In this document: positions 1 through 8,423 of the stretch, piece by piece
How the letters are laid out: every line of letters starts with the position of its first letter
How positions within the stretch are numbered: the first letter of the stretch is position 1
Source: Oscillospiraceae bacterium
GTDB taxonomy: Bacteria; Bacillota; Clostridia; Oscillospirales; UBA929
Length of the DNA: 64,000 bases
Direction: 5' to 3'
NCBI GenBank assembly: GCA_009782215.1
Contig: WRKO01000001.1
Location: 149,064 to 213,063, forward strand
Position numbers and translations under genes: made by a program
Notes under the pieces: generated by a model
Told to the model about the DNA's origin: nothing
The model's input: only the letters and a program-made list of their open reading frames with translations
Databases searched by the model: none

Positions 1-121
1 ACAGCAGGAAGCAGAGCGCCGGGTCGGGCGCGTCGGCGAGGAAGCGGAACATCAGGAAAGCGCAGGCGAGGTCTGTGAAAAAATGCGCGGCGGAATAAAC
101 GGCCGTCAATCGCCCGGTCAC
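1..121 (-). CDS. partial CDS, N-terminal ~40 codons of an unidentified hydrophobic protein (continues past window start)
   Basis: Manual minus-strand read: GTG at 121-119 with AGGGGG 7 nt upstream; VTGRLTAVYSAAHFFTDLACAFLMFRFLADAPDPALCFLL stays open to base 1; not in ORF track because no stop in window. Confidence 0.35.
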   Translation of the reverse strand, partial: MTGRLTAVYSAAHFFTDLACAFLMFRFLADAPDPALCFLL

Positions 122-184
122 ACAAACACCCCCTTGACTTATGACGATTATAACACAAAAAAGTTCCCGGCGTGAAAAATTCTG

Positions 185-213
185 TTGACTTGCTTTCAAA
201 ACTTTGCTATTAT
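185..213 (+). promoter_or_regulatory. sigma-A type promoter for ptsH
   Basis: TTGACT 185-190, 17-nt spacer, TG-n-TATTAT extended -10 at 205-213, about 40 nt upstream of the HPr start. Confidence 0.5.
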
Positions 214-254
214 GGGAAAGGCAAGCGGATATGAATAAGAGAGGAATGGTTGTT

Positions 255-515
255 ATGGTCGCACGCGAGGTTACCGTCACAAATCCGGTAGGTCTGCACG
301 CTCGGCCGGCTACGTTCTTTATACAGAAAGCCAACGAGTTTAAGTCCAGCATCTTTGTTGAGAAAGAAGAGCGCCGGATCAACGCCAAGAGCCTGCTGGG
401 CCTGCTGAGCCTCGGCATTATCAAAGGCACGGTCATCACCATCATGGCGGAAGGCCCCGACGACGAGGAAGCCGTCTCCGCGCTGGAGGAGCTCATTCTC
501 TCCAACTTTGAGTAA
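255..515 (+). CDS. ptsH: phosphocarrier protein HPr
   Basis: GLHARPA places the active His at residue 15 if started at ATG 255 (GAGAGGA 9 nt upstream); NAKSLLGLLSLG Ser46-type site; 86 aa. Confidence 0.9.
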   Translation: MVAREVTVTNPVGLHARPATFFIQKANEFKSSIFVEKEERRINAKSLLGLLSLGIIKGTVITIMAEGPDDEEAVSALEELILSNFE

Positions 516-2382
516 AGACGACAAAACAGAAAGTGCCGCCATAGAAGGCGGTCTTTCTTCGATTGGCAAAAGGGAAAGCCTGAAGGAAAAGGCGCTGTCG
601 CTGCCCGCCGAGCCGGGTGTGTATATCTTCTTCGACAAAAAGGCGAAAATCATCTATATCGGCAAGGCCAAACGGCTGAAGCAGCGCGTCTCGTCCTATT
701 TTCAAGAACACGTTTCCCACAGCGCCAAGACCCGCCGGATGGTCGCCCGCGCCGACCGCTTCGACGCCATCGTGACCAAGAGCGAGTTTGAAGCGCTGGT
801 GCTGGAATGCAGCATGATACGCCACCACCGCCCGCAATACAACATCCGGCTCAAGGACGGCAGGGGATACCCCTTCATCCGGCTTTCGCCCGGGCCGTTC
901 CCGGAGCTGTCGGTCGTCCATGACAACAATATGCCCAAGGACGGCTCCCGCTACTTCGGCCCTTACGGCGGCTGGCGGGCGTCCCAGATGGTCATTGAGG
1001 CGCTGCGAACCACCCTCAAGCTGCCCGTCTGCGCCAGACAGTTCCCCCGGGACATCGGCAAGGGACGGCCCTGCCTGCAATTCCACATCGGCCGGTGTAT
1101 CGGCGTCTGCCAAGGGACGGTGAGCGAAGAGGATTTTAAGGACAGAATCCGCCGGGGCATGATGCTGATGGAGGGCAAGGCGGCGGGTCTGATATCGGAA
1201 ATGGAAAGCGAGATGGCCGACTGCGCCGAAAAGCTCCAATTCGAGGCCGCCGCGCAGATTCGGGACGAAATCAAGGCAATCAAAGCGTTGAGCAACCGCC
1301 AGATTGTGGTGGGCGGCGGCATGGCCGATACGGACGTCGTCGCCGCGGTGATTGGGGAAACCCGCTCCGGCGTCGCCGTGCTGCATTACCTCGACGGCAA
1401 CCTCGTGGGACGCGATATCGAACTGAGCGAGGATACCGACGAGGGCGAGCTGCTCTCCTCCTTTGTGGCTCAATACTATATGGCGCGGGGGCGCGTGCCG
1501 CGAAACGTGCTGCTGTCGGCCCCGATTGAAGACGGGGAACTGCTCAAAGACGTTTTTCTGGCCAAGGGGATGAAGGTTGATTTCACCGTGCCGCAAAGGG
1601 GCGCGAAGGCTGAGCTGATTAGAATGGCAGCCCGAAACGCATCCGAGGAGATTGAACGCGTGACCACGCGGGAAGAGAAGACCCGCTTCCTTTTGAGCGA
1701 GCTCAAGCGCCTGCTCTCCCTGCCAAGCCCGCCCAACCGAATTGAATCGGCGGATATATCCAATCTGGGCGACGACGCCCGCGTGGGCGTGGTTGTCTGC
1801 TACAAAGACGGCAGGCCGCTGAAAAAGGCGTACAGGCACTTCATCATCAAGGACAAGGACATCCGCGACGACTATCACTCGATGGAGGAGGTTCTCCAAC
1901 GCCGCTTCGCCCGTTTGCTCAAAGGCGACGCCGGGTTTGACGAAATGCCCGATTTGCTTCTGGTGGACGGAGGTGCGGCACACGCCGCGATGGCGGAGCG
2001 TGTATTGAAAGGCTTTGACCTCAATATTCCGGTCTTCGGCATGGTCAAGGACGAGAAGCACCGCACGCGGGCGGTGGTCAGTCCCGGCGGCGGGGAAGCC
2101 GCGCTGACAGGAAGTCCCGGCGTCTTTGCCCTAATCGGGCAGATTCAAGAGGAAACGCACCGTAGCGCGCTGGCTTTCCACCAAAAACAGCGCGGCCGGT
2201 TTGATTCGGAGCTGGACAACATTTCCGGCCTAGGTGAAGCGCGGCGGGACAAACTGTTAAGACACTTCAAAAGCGTGAAAAAAATCGCGCTGGCAACCCC
2301 GGAGGAGCTGGAAGCCCTGCTGCCGAAAAATACGGCGGCCGCGGTGTACAACCATTTTCATAATCCGTATGAAGAGGTTTAA
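508..2382 (+). CDS. uvrC: excinuclease ABC subunit C
   Basis: GIY-YIG N-terminus (PGVYIFFDKKAKIIYIGKAKRLKQRVSSYF), UvrBC-interaction QFEAAAQIRDEI, C-terminal HhH; TTG start at 508 is uncertain (no good SD). Confidence 0.93.
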   Translation: MSKDDKTESAAIEGGLSSIGKRESLKEKALSLPAEPGVYIFFDKKAKIIYIGKAKRLKQRVSSYFQEHVSHSAKTRRMVARADRFDAIVTKSEFEALVLECSMIRHHRPQYNIRLKDGRGYPFIRLSPGPFPELSVVHDNNMPKDGSRYFGPYGGWRASQMVIEALRTTLKLPVCARQFPRDIGKGRPCLQFHIGRCIGVCQGTVSEEDFKDRIRRGMMLMEGKAAGLISEMESEMADCAEKLQFEAAAQIRDEIKAIKALSNRQIVVGGGMADTDVVAAVIGETRSGVAVLHYLDGNLVGRDIELSEDTDEGELLSSFVAQYYMARGRVPRNVLLSAPIEDGELLKDVFLAKGMKVDFTVPQRGAKAELIRMAARNASEEIERVTTREEKTRFLLSELKRLLSLPSPPNRIESADISNLGDDARVGVVVCYKDGRPLKKAYRHFIIKDKDIRDDYHSMEEVLQRRFARLLKGDAGFDEMPDLLLVDGGAAHAAMAERVLKGFDLNIPVFGMVKDEKHRTRAVVSPGGGEAALTGSPGVFALIGQIQEETHRSALAFHQKQRGRFDSELDNISGLGEARRDKLLRHFKSVKKIALATPEELEALLPKNTAAAVYNHFHNPYEEV

Positions 2383-2438
2383 GGACTTGATTTTCCCGTC
2401 AACGGCGGGGACACCACAAAAGGAGAAAGACCGATAAA

Positions 2439-3008
2439 ATGCGTATCATAGCAGGGGAAGCGCGCGGGCGCAGGCTCAAGCCCGTGCCGGGGGAAGAGAC
2501 GAGACCGACGAGCGACCGGGTCAAGGAGTCGATGTTCAATATCCTCCAGTTTCATCTGGAGGGGCGGCGCGTCCTCGATTTGTTTGCCGGAACCGGGCAG
2601 TTGGGGGCGGAAGCGCTCAGCCGGGGGGCGAGGGAATGTGTTTTTGTGGAGCAGTCCGCCGCCGCCGCCGCCGTGATTCGTGAGAACACGCGCTTTTTTG
2701 AAGACCGGGCCGTGATTCGCGTGGCGGAAGTCCTGCGCTGGCTGGACGCCTTGGGCGAGACGTTCGACATTGTGTTGCTCGACCCTCCGTATAGCTCGAA
2801 GCTGGCGTGCAGGACGCTGATGAAGCTTTTCTCTCGCGATTTGCTCAATCCGGGCGGCCTGATTCTCTGCGAAGCCGGAAAAGAGGCCGAGCTGCCCTCG
2901 CCGCCGGAGCCGTTCCGCCTGCAAAAGGAATACGCGTACGGGAATAAACTTTTGCTATTGTATACAAGAGGGGGCAGCGGCCCCGAAGAAAGGCCGGAAA
3001 AACCATGA
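2439..3008 (+). CDS. rsmD: 16S rRNA (guanine966-N2)-methyltransferase RsmD
   Basis: MRIIAGEARGRRL..RPTSDRVKESMFNIL, LDLFAGTGQLGAEALSRGA SAM motif, LDPPY motif. Confidence 0.9.
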   Translation: MRIIAGEARGRRLKPVPGEETRPTSDRVKESMFNILQFHLEGRRVLDLFAGTGQLGAEALSRGARECVFVEQSAAAAAVIRENTRFFEDRAVIRVAEVLRWLDALGETFDIVLLDPPYSSKLACRTLMKLFSRDLLNPGGLILCEAGKEAELPSPPEPFRLQKEYAYGNKLLLLYTRGGSGPEERPEKP

Positions 3009-3487
3009 AAACCGCCATTTGCCCGGGGAGCTTTGACCCGGTGACGCTGGGGCACATCGACATCATCGAGCGCGCCGCGTCCATCTTTGACCGCACCGTG
3101 GTGCTGGTCATGCAAAACAGCCGCAAGTCATACCTGTTCACGCCCGAGGAACGCGCCGCCATGCTGCGCAAGGTGACGGCCGCGCTGCCCAACGTCACGG
3201 TGGAGACGAGCGACCGTCTGCTGGCGGCCGCCTGCGCCGATATGGGCGATGTGGTCATTGTCAAGGGCCTGCGGGCCGTGTCGGACTTTGAGTATGAGTT
3301 CCAAATGGCGCTGATGAACAAGAAGCTCAATTCCGGGCTGGACACGCTCTTCCTCACCGCGAGCGAGCATTTCCAGTATCTCAGCTCCGGCGTGGTCAAG
3401 GAGGTCTGCTCCTATGGCGGCGACGTGAGCGAGCTGGTGCCGAAAGAAATCCACGAGGAAATTGTAAGCAGATTAAGACGAAAATAG
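3005..3487 (+). CDS. coaD: phosphopantetheine adenylyltransferase
   Basis: CPGSFDPVTLGHIDIIERA (T/HxGH nucleotidyltransferase motif), 160 aa, ATGA overlap with rsmD. Confidence 0.95.
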   Translation: MKTAICPGSFDPVTLGHIDIIERAASIFDRTVVLVMQNSRKSYLFTPEERAAMLRKVTAALPNVTVETSDRLLAAACADMGDVVIVKGLRAVSDFEYEFQMALMNKKLNSGLDTLFLTASEHFQYLSSGVVKEVCSYGGDVSELVPKEIHEEIVSRLRRK

Positions 3488-3503
3488 ACAGGAGGGGAGA
3501 CCT

Positions 3504-3965
3504 ATGCCGCACGGCGTGGAGGAATTGCTGAATATGCTCCGTACCCAGATTGAGGATTCGTTTACCCTGCCCTTGGGCAGCGATAAATGCGTCCTTGACA
3601 AGGACAAGGCGATGGGCTTGATTGACGAGATTGCCAACAATCTGCCCGAGGAGCTGCGCAAGGCGACCAGCATTGTCAGCCAGCGCAGCGAGATGATTAC
3701 CAAAGCCAAGAACGACGCGGAGTCCATCCTCAGAACCGCGGAGGATCGCAAGGCCCGCTTGGTCAGCGAGGAGGAAGTGCTGACCACGGCGAAGAAAAAA
3801 GCGCAGGAGCTGGAGAACCAAACGAAAAACAAGATGCGCGAAATCCGCATGGCCACCAACGAATACGTCGAAGATATCCTCAAACGGACGGAGGAAGCCA
3901 TCAATACCGCGCTCAACGAAGTCAAAAGGTCAAGGCTTGAATTCCGCAATCAAACCAAACGGTAA
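3504..3965 (+). CDS. conserved coiled-coil protein (family often labelled ATPase / ATP synthase b-like), function unknown
   Basis: GGAGGGGAG SD before ATG 3504; charged heptad-like K/E/R-rich 153 aa; conserved position after coaD in Clostridia from memory. Confidence 0.65.
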   Translation: MPHGVEELLNMLRTQIEDSFTLPLGSDKCVLDKDKAMGLIDEIANNLPEELRKATSIVSQRSEMITKAKNDAESILRTAEDRKARLVSEEEVLTTAKKKAQELENQTKNKMREIRMATNEYVEDILKRTEEAINTALNEVKRSRLEFRNQTKR

Positions 3966-3991
3966 AACGCGCCAACCACAACATATAGCGG

Positions 3992-4019
3992 CGTCCCCGC
4001 GAGGGGACGTCTCTTTTTG
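3992..4019 (+). terminator. rho-independent terminator
   Basis: CGTCCCC-GCGA-GGGGACG stem-loop followed by TCTCTTTTT. Confidence 0.7.
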
Positions 4020-4036
4020 TGCTTTTTGAAAAATAC

Positions 4037-4104
4037 TAGAACATCTGTTTTTAGTTGCAAAAACACCCGAAACGGAGAAAAATGCCGCAATAGAACACTT
4101 GTTT
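4037..4104 (+). promoter_or_regulatory. two direct copies of TAGAACAnnTGTTT(T)TAGTT; LexA (Cheo-box)-like GAAC-N4-GTTT operators, candidate
   Basis: TAGAACATCTGTTT 4037-4050 and TAGAACACTTGTTT 4091-4104, 54 nt apart, in AT-rich DNA upstream of the dcw promoter. Confidence 0.3.
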
Positions 4105-4128
4105 AGTTATTAAATTTTTAGAAAATGA

Positions 4129-4157
4129 TTGACAGATATTCATCTGTGGGATATACT
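4129..4157 (+). promoter_or_regulatory. sigma-A type promoter of the dcw cluster (Pmra)
   Basis: TTGACA 4129-4134, 17-nt spacer, TATACT 4152-4157, 43 nt upstream of mraZ start. Confidence 0.6.
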
Positions 4158-4204
4158 ATCCACACCATACCATAGAGTGGGATAAAGGGGGATAAAACAG
4201 TGGA
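4146..4204 (+). promoter_or_regulatory. candidate MraZ operator (GTGGG-type direct repeats)
   Basis: GTGGG 4146-4150 (inside promoter spacer), GTGGGATAAA 4177-4186, GGGGGATAAAA 4187-4197, GTGGA 4200-4204; about 10-nt periodicity for the last three. Confidence 0.35.
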
Positions 4205-4622
4205 CGGACTGTCGGGCGTTTTCCGGCATACGATGGACGCGAAAGGCCGTCTCAGCATCCCCTCGCGCCTTGTGAAGGCGCTGGGAGAACCCTTTCACAT
4301 CTTCGGCAGTTCGGACGGCTGCCTCAATGTATACACCGACCAAAGGTGGAAACAATTAGCCGAGGAGATAGAAGCGCTCCCGAGGGAATATGTGCGCGAG
4401 GTGCGCCGCGCCATCTACAACAACGCGCAGGACAACCTGAAAGCGGACGACCACGGGCGCGTGCTGCTGGAAAAACCCCTGCGCGACCATGCCAAGCTGC
4501 AAAAAAACATCGTCATCGTAGGCTCCGGCTCATACGCGGAGATTTGGGACGAAACGGAATACGAAAACCGGCCTAAGGCGGAAGCCGACGTGCAGCCCCG
4601 CTTGCGGGAATTGGGTATTTAG
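4200..4622 (+). CDS. mraZ: division/cell wall cluster transcriptional regulator MraZ
   Basis: Two SpoVT/AbrB-like halves (DAKGRLSIPSRL.. and DDHGRVLLEKPLRDHA), GTG start with AAAGGGGGA SD, first gene of dcw cluster. Confidence 0.9.
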   Translation: MDGLSGVFRHTMDAKGRLSIPSRLVKALGEPFHIFGSSDGCLNVYTDQRWKQLAEEIEALPREYVREVRRAIYNNAQDNLKADDHGRVLLEKPLRDHAKLQKNIVIVGSGSYAEIWDETEYENRPKAEADVQPRLRELGI

Positions 4623-4624
4623 CC

Positions 4625-5539
4625 GTGGGCGCCGCGCACACGCCGGTTATGCCGCGCGAATGTTTGGAAGCGCTGTCGCCCCGCGAGGGCGGAGTCTATC
4701 TGGATTGCACCGCCGGGCTGGGCGGACACTCCGAAGCGATGCTGGAAAGCGGCGGGCAAGTGATTTGCCTTGACCGGGACGCCGCCGCCTTGGAACACTG
4801 CAAGGCCCGCCTCGCGCGGTTTGGAAACAGGGCTGCGTATCTGCACGGGAATTACAGCGACCTAGACAAGCTGCTCGACGGCGAGGGCATCGGGCTTTTG
4901 GACGGCATACTGATGGACTGCGGCGTCTCCTCCATGCAGTTGGATACGCCCGAGAGAGGTTTTTCCTATCGAAGCGCCGCTCCGTTGGATATGCGGATGG
5001 ATCAAACGCAGAGCCTGACGGCGGCGGAGGTCGTCAACGAATGGGAATACCGCCGTCTGGTACGCATCCTGTACGACTACGGCGAGGAGCGGTACGCGCC
5101 GCAGCTCGCGCGGGGAATCATCGCCGCGAGACCGATAACGGCGGCGGATGAGCTGACGGAGGCCATCACGGAATCCATGCCGGCCCGAGGGCGGCGGGAA
5201 GCGCAGCACCCGGCGCGCAGAACCTTTCAGGCCATCCGAATCGCCGTCAACGGAGAGCTGGACGCGCTGGAGGAAGCCCTCCCCAAAGCCATAGGGCGGT
5301 TAAAGCCCGGAGGACGGCTGGCGGTAATCAGCTTTCACTCTCTGGAAGACAGGATTGTTAAACGGGTTTTCGCCGAAGCGGCCAAGGGCTGCGACTGCCC
5401 GCCGTCATTTCCGGCTTGCGTATGCGGCAAGGTGCCGGCTGTGAAATCCATCGGGCGTTTTTTCCCCTCCCGTCTGGAGGCGGAGCATAACCCCCGTTCC
5501 GCGAGCGCGGTGCTGCGCGTAGCCGAGAAAACAGCATAA
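4625..5539 (+). CDS. rsmH: 16S rRNA (cytosine1402-N4)-methyltransferase
   Basis: HTPVMPRECLEAL, YLDCTAGLGGHSEAML, DGILMDCGVSSMQLD, ISFHSLEDRIVK signatures. Confidence 0.92.
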   Translation: MGAAHTPVMPRECLEALSPREGGVYLDCTAGLGGHSEAMLESGGQVICLDRDAAALEHCKARLARFGNRAAYLHGNYSDLDKLLDGEGIGLLDGILMDCGVSSMQLDTPERGFSYRSAAPLDMRMDQTQSLTAAEVVNEWEYRRLVRILYDYGEERYAPQLARGIIAARPITAADELTEAITESMPARGRREAQHPARRTFQAIRIAVNGELDALEEALPKAIGRLKPGGRLAVISFHSLEDRIVKRVFAEAAKGCDCPPSFPACVCGKVPAVKSIGRFFPSRLEAEHNPRSASAVLRVAEKTA

Positions 5540-5579
5540 CACGGATATCAAACGACAGAACGACATGGAGGTCATACAA

Positions 5580-6104
5580 ATGTACGAAGGAACAGCCGCC
5601 CTGACCCTAAATCCGCCGAGGAAAGGAACGTACAGCCGCCCCGCGCCGTTTTCAGAGGCTCCGGCGCCCGCCGAGCGGGAGCGGGAGCGGACGCAAACCG
5701 CCGCGCCGCCGGCGGCCATCGCCCGGCCGGCGTCAATGCGGCTGAAATTCCGAACGGTGGCGCTGTTTGCGGGCGCAATGGCGGTGCTGCTGTTCATCGT
5801 GTACAACCAAATGGAGCTGAGCCAGCTCAGCAAGGCCAACCAGACCGCCGTGGCGGAGCTGCAAGCGCTGAGAAGGGAAGAAGCCGCGCTCAACCGACGG
5901 TTTGACGCGGGCGTCAGCCTGAACGAGGTCGAAGCGTACGCCGTGGGCGAGCTGGGGATGGTCAAGCCCTCGAAGGAGCAGATTGTGTATATCGGCGTTC
6001 CGTCCTACGACCGCGCCGAGGTGATCCGCCAAGAGAGCTTTTGGATGAGCCTGAGAGGTCTGTTCGCGAATATGGGGACAAGGGTGACGGAGCTGTTTGA
6101 TTAG
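5580..6104 (+). CDS. ftsL: cell division protein FtsL-like (septum formation initiator)
   Basis: Single TM (VALFAGAMAVLLFIVY) then coiled coil and EVEAYAVGELGMVKPSKEQIVYI; position between rsmH and PBP; ATG 5580 preferred over 5565 because GGAGG lies at 5568-5572. Confidence 0.75.
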   Translation: MYEGTAALTLNPPRKGTYSRPAPFSEAPAPAERERERTQTAAPPAAIARPASMRLKFRTVALFAGAMAVLLFIVYNQMELSQLSKANQTAVAELQALRREEAALNRRFDAGVSLNEVEAYAVGELGMVKPSKEQIVYIGVPSYDRAEVIRQESFWMSLRGLFANMGTRVTELFD

Positions 6105-6155
6105 TTCTATTTATCCGAGACGGCCCGTATGATGAATGGAAGGGGGGACAGCCGG

Positions 6156-8411
6156 ATGGGGAAGGGAAAGAACCCGGACAAAAAATTTAAGCAAGACCGG
6201 ACAATCGCGGCGCGGGTGACATTCCTTGCCGTGGTTTTCGGTTTTCTGATGTTTATCCCCCTTGGGTGGGAGCTGTATAACGTCTCCATCCTCCGGCATG
6301 AGGAGCTGGAGCAGAGAGCCATCAATCAGCAGATGCGCTCCTACTCCATCACGGCGGGGCGCGGCACCATTTATGACCGCGGCCGTAATGTGCTGGCCGT
6401 CTCCGCCAGCGTGGAGACGGTTTGCATCTCGCCGAGGGACATCACGGAGGAGAAGGAAGCGGTCATTGCCGACGGGCTGTCGGCGCTTCTGGGCGTTGAC
6501 CGGGGGATGATTGTCGAGCGGATGGGGCGGAAGCACCGCGCCAATGAGATTATCAAAACGCAGGTGGAGCGCGCGCAGGCCGACGAGGTGAGGGCGTTCG
6601 TCCTTGAAAACAGCCTCAACCAGATGGTCTTTCTGGAGCCTTCAAGCAAGCGGTATTACCCGAACGGCTCGTTCGCCGCCAATGTCATCGGGTTTGTAAA
6701 CGCTGACAACAGCGGCTCGATGGGGCTTGAGGCGGTCTATAACAGCTTGCTGAGCGGGACGCCGGGGCAGACGGTGGCGGCGCGGGACAGCCGCGGAAGG
6801 CCCCTGCCCAACCAATATGAAATGTATTACGACCCGCTGGACGGGTATGACTTGATTCTCACCATCGACGAAACCATCCAGCTTTTTGCCGAACGGCACC
6901 TTGAAACCGCCGTGATTGAAAACGAAGTGGCGGAACGGGGCTGCGTCATCGTCATGGATGTAAAGACGGGCGGGATTCTCGCGATGGCGGTGAAGGGCGA
7001 CTTTGACCTAAACGAGCCGCGCGTCATCGCCGACGACGACCTTCGCCGCACGCTGGATATGATGGCCCCGGACGATATGCGTCAGCCCCTTGAGGCGGCG
7101 CAGCAGGCGCAATGGCGCAACAAAGCCGTCAGCGATACATACGAGCCCGGCTCGGTGTTTAAGATTTTCACCGCCGCCATAGCGCTGGAGGAACAGCTTG
7201 TCGATTTAGAAACGGCCCGCTTTAACTGTACCGGCATGATTGAGGTGGGGAGCCACAACATCCGCTGCCACAGAACCATCGGCCACGGGTCGCAAACCTT
7301 TTTGGAAGCGCTGCGGCATTCCTGCAACCCCGCGTATGTCAACATCGGCAACCTGATAGGGCCGCGCAAGTTTTATGACTATATGAACGCCTTCGGGTTT
7401 ATGGAACGAACCGGCATCGACCTTCAAGGCGAGGCGGGGTCAATCATCGCCCCTTATGAAACCTATTCCCGCCAAGCCTCCGCGCAGGCGGTCTATTCCT
7501 TCGGGCAGACCTTCAAGGTCACGCCTATACAGATGATTACGGCGGTCAGCGCCGTGGCGAACGGCGGGCTGCTGATGCGGCCCCACCTGCTCTCGCAGGT
7601 CATCGGTCAGGACGGCCGGGTGGCGGAACGAATCGACCCGACCCCGGTGCGGCAGGTCGTCAGCGCGGAGACGAGCAGGTTGATGCGGGAGTTTTTAGAG
7701 GAATGCGTCAATCAAGGCACCGGCTCGAACGCGTATGTCAAGGGCTATAACGTCGCCGGAAAGACGGGGACGTCGCAGAAGCGGGATATCCCCAATTCCG
7801 ACGAGCTGGGGCTGTATGTCGTTTCCTTCGCCGGCTTCGCCCCTTCGTATGACCCGCAGGTGGCCATACTGGTTATGCTTGACGAGCCGGGGCTGCACCG
7901 CCAGCAGCGGATGGGCGGCTATATGGCGGCGCCCGTTGCCGGGCGTATTTTGGCCGATGTGCTTCCCTATCTGGGCGTCCTGCCGCAGTTTAAGGCGGGC
8001 GAGGCGATGGCGTTGGACGTCACCGTGCCGTTTGTCAGGCGGTCTGCCCCGGCCGACGCCGTCACGGCGGCGCAGCGGGCGGGACTGGAAGCGCGCGTGG
8101 TGGGCGACGGCGATACCGTGACCGACCAGCTCCCGGCGGCGGGCGCGCGCGTACCGTCGGGAACGGAGATGCTTTTGTATACCGAGGGAACCAAGCCGGA
8201 GGAGAGCGTTGACGTGCCGAGCGTCGTCGGCATGACGCCGGAGCGGGCCAACGCGGCGCTGACCAACGCGGGCGTCTTCATGCGCCCGATTGGGGCGCAG
8301 CCGATGGCCAACATGGTTCTGACGGCGGCGTGGCAGGAATATGCCGGGCAGTTGGTGCCGTACGGCTCGGTGATTCGGGTAGAATTCCGAAGCGCCGATG
8401 TGAGCGACTAG
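6156..8411 (+). CDS. class B penicillin-binding protein (FtsI/SpoVD/PBP2B type) with two C-terminal PASTA-like repeats
   Basis: SVFK (SxxK), HSCN (SxN), KTGTS motifs; N-terminal TM; ATG 6156 follows GGAAGGGGGG; ORF opens at 6129. Confidence 0.9.
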   Translation: MGKGKNPDKKFKQDRTIAARVTFLAVVFGFLMFIPLGWELYNVSILRHEELEQRAINQQMRSYSITAGRGTIYDRGRNVLAVSASVETVCISPRDITEEKEAVIADGLSALLGVDRGMIVERMGRKHRANEIIKTQVERAQADEVRAFVLENSLNQMVFLEPSSKRYYPNGSFAANVIGFVNADNSGSMGLEAVYNSLLSGTPGQTVAARDSRGRPLPNQYEMYYDPLDGYDLILTIDETIQLFAERHLETAVIENEVAERGCVIVMDVKTGGILAMAVKGDFDLNEPRVIADDDLRRTLDMMAPDDMRQPLEAAQQAQWRNKAVSDTYEPGSVFKIFTAAIALEEQLVDLETARFNCTGMIEVGSHNIRCHRTIGHGSQTFLEALRHSCNPAYVNIGNLIGPRKFYDYMNAFGFMERTGIDLQGEAGSIIAPYETYSRQASAQAVYSFGQTFKVTPIQMITAVSAVANGGLLMRPHLLSQVIGQDGRVAERIDPTPVRQVVSAETSRLMREFLEECVNQGTGSNAYVKGYNVAGKTGTSQKRDIPNSDELGLYVVSFAGFAPSYDPQVAILVMLDEPGLHRQQRMGGYMAAPVAGRILADVLPYLGVLPQFKAGEAMALDVTVPFVRRSAPADAVTAAQRAGLEARVVGDGDTVTDQLPAAGARVPSGTEMLLYTEGTKPEESVDVPSVVGMTPERANAALTNAGVFMRPIGAQPMANMVLTAAWQEYAGQLVPYGSVIRVEFRSADVSD

Positions 8412-8423
8412 GGGGAGGATACG

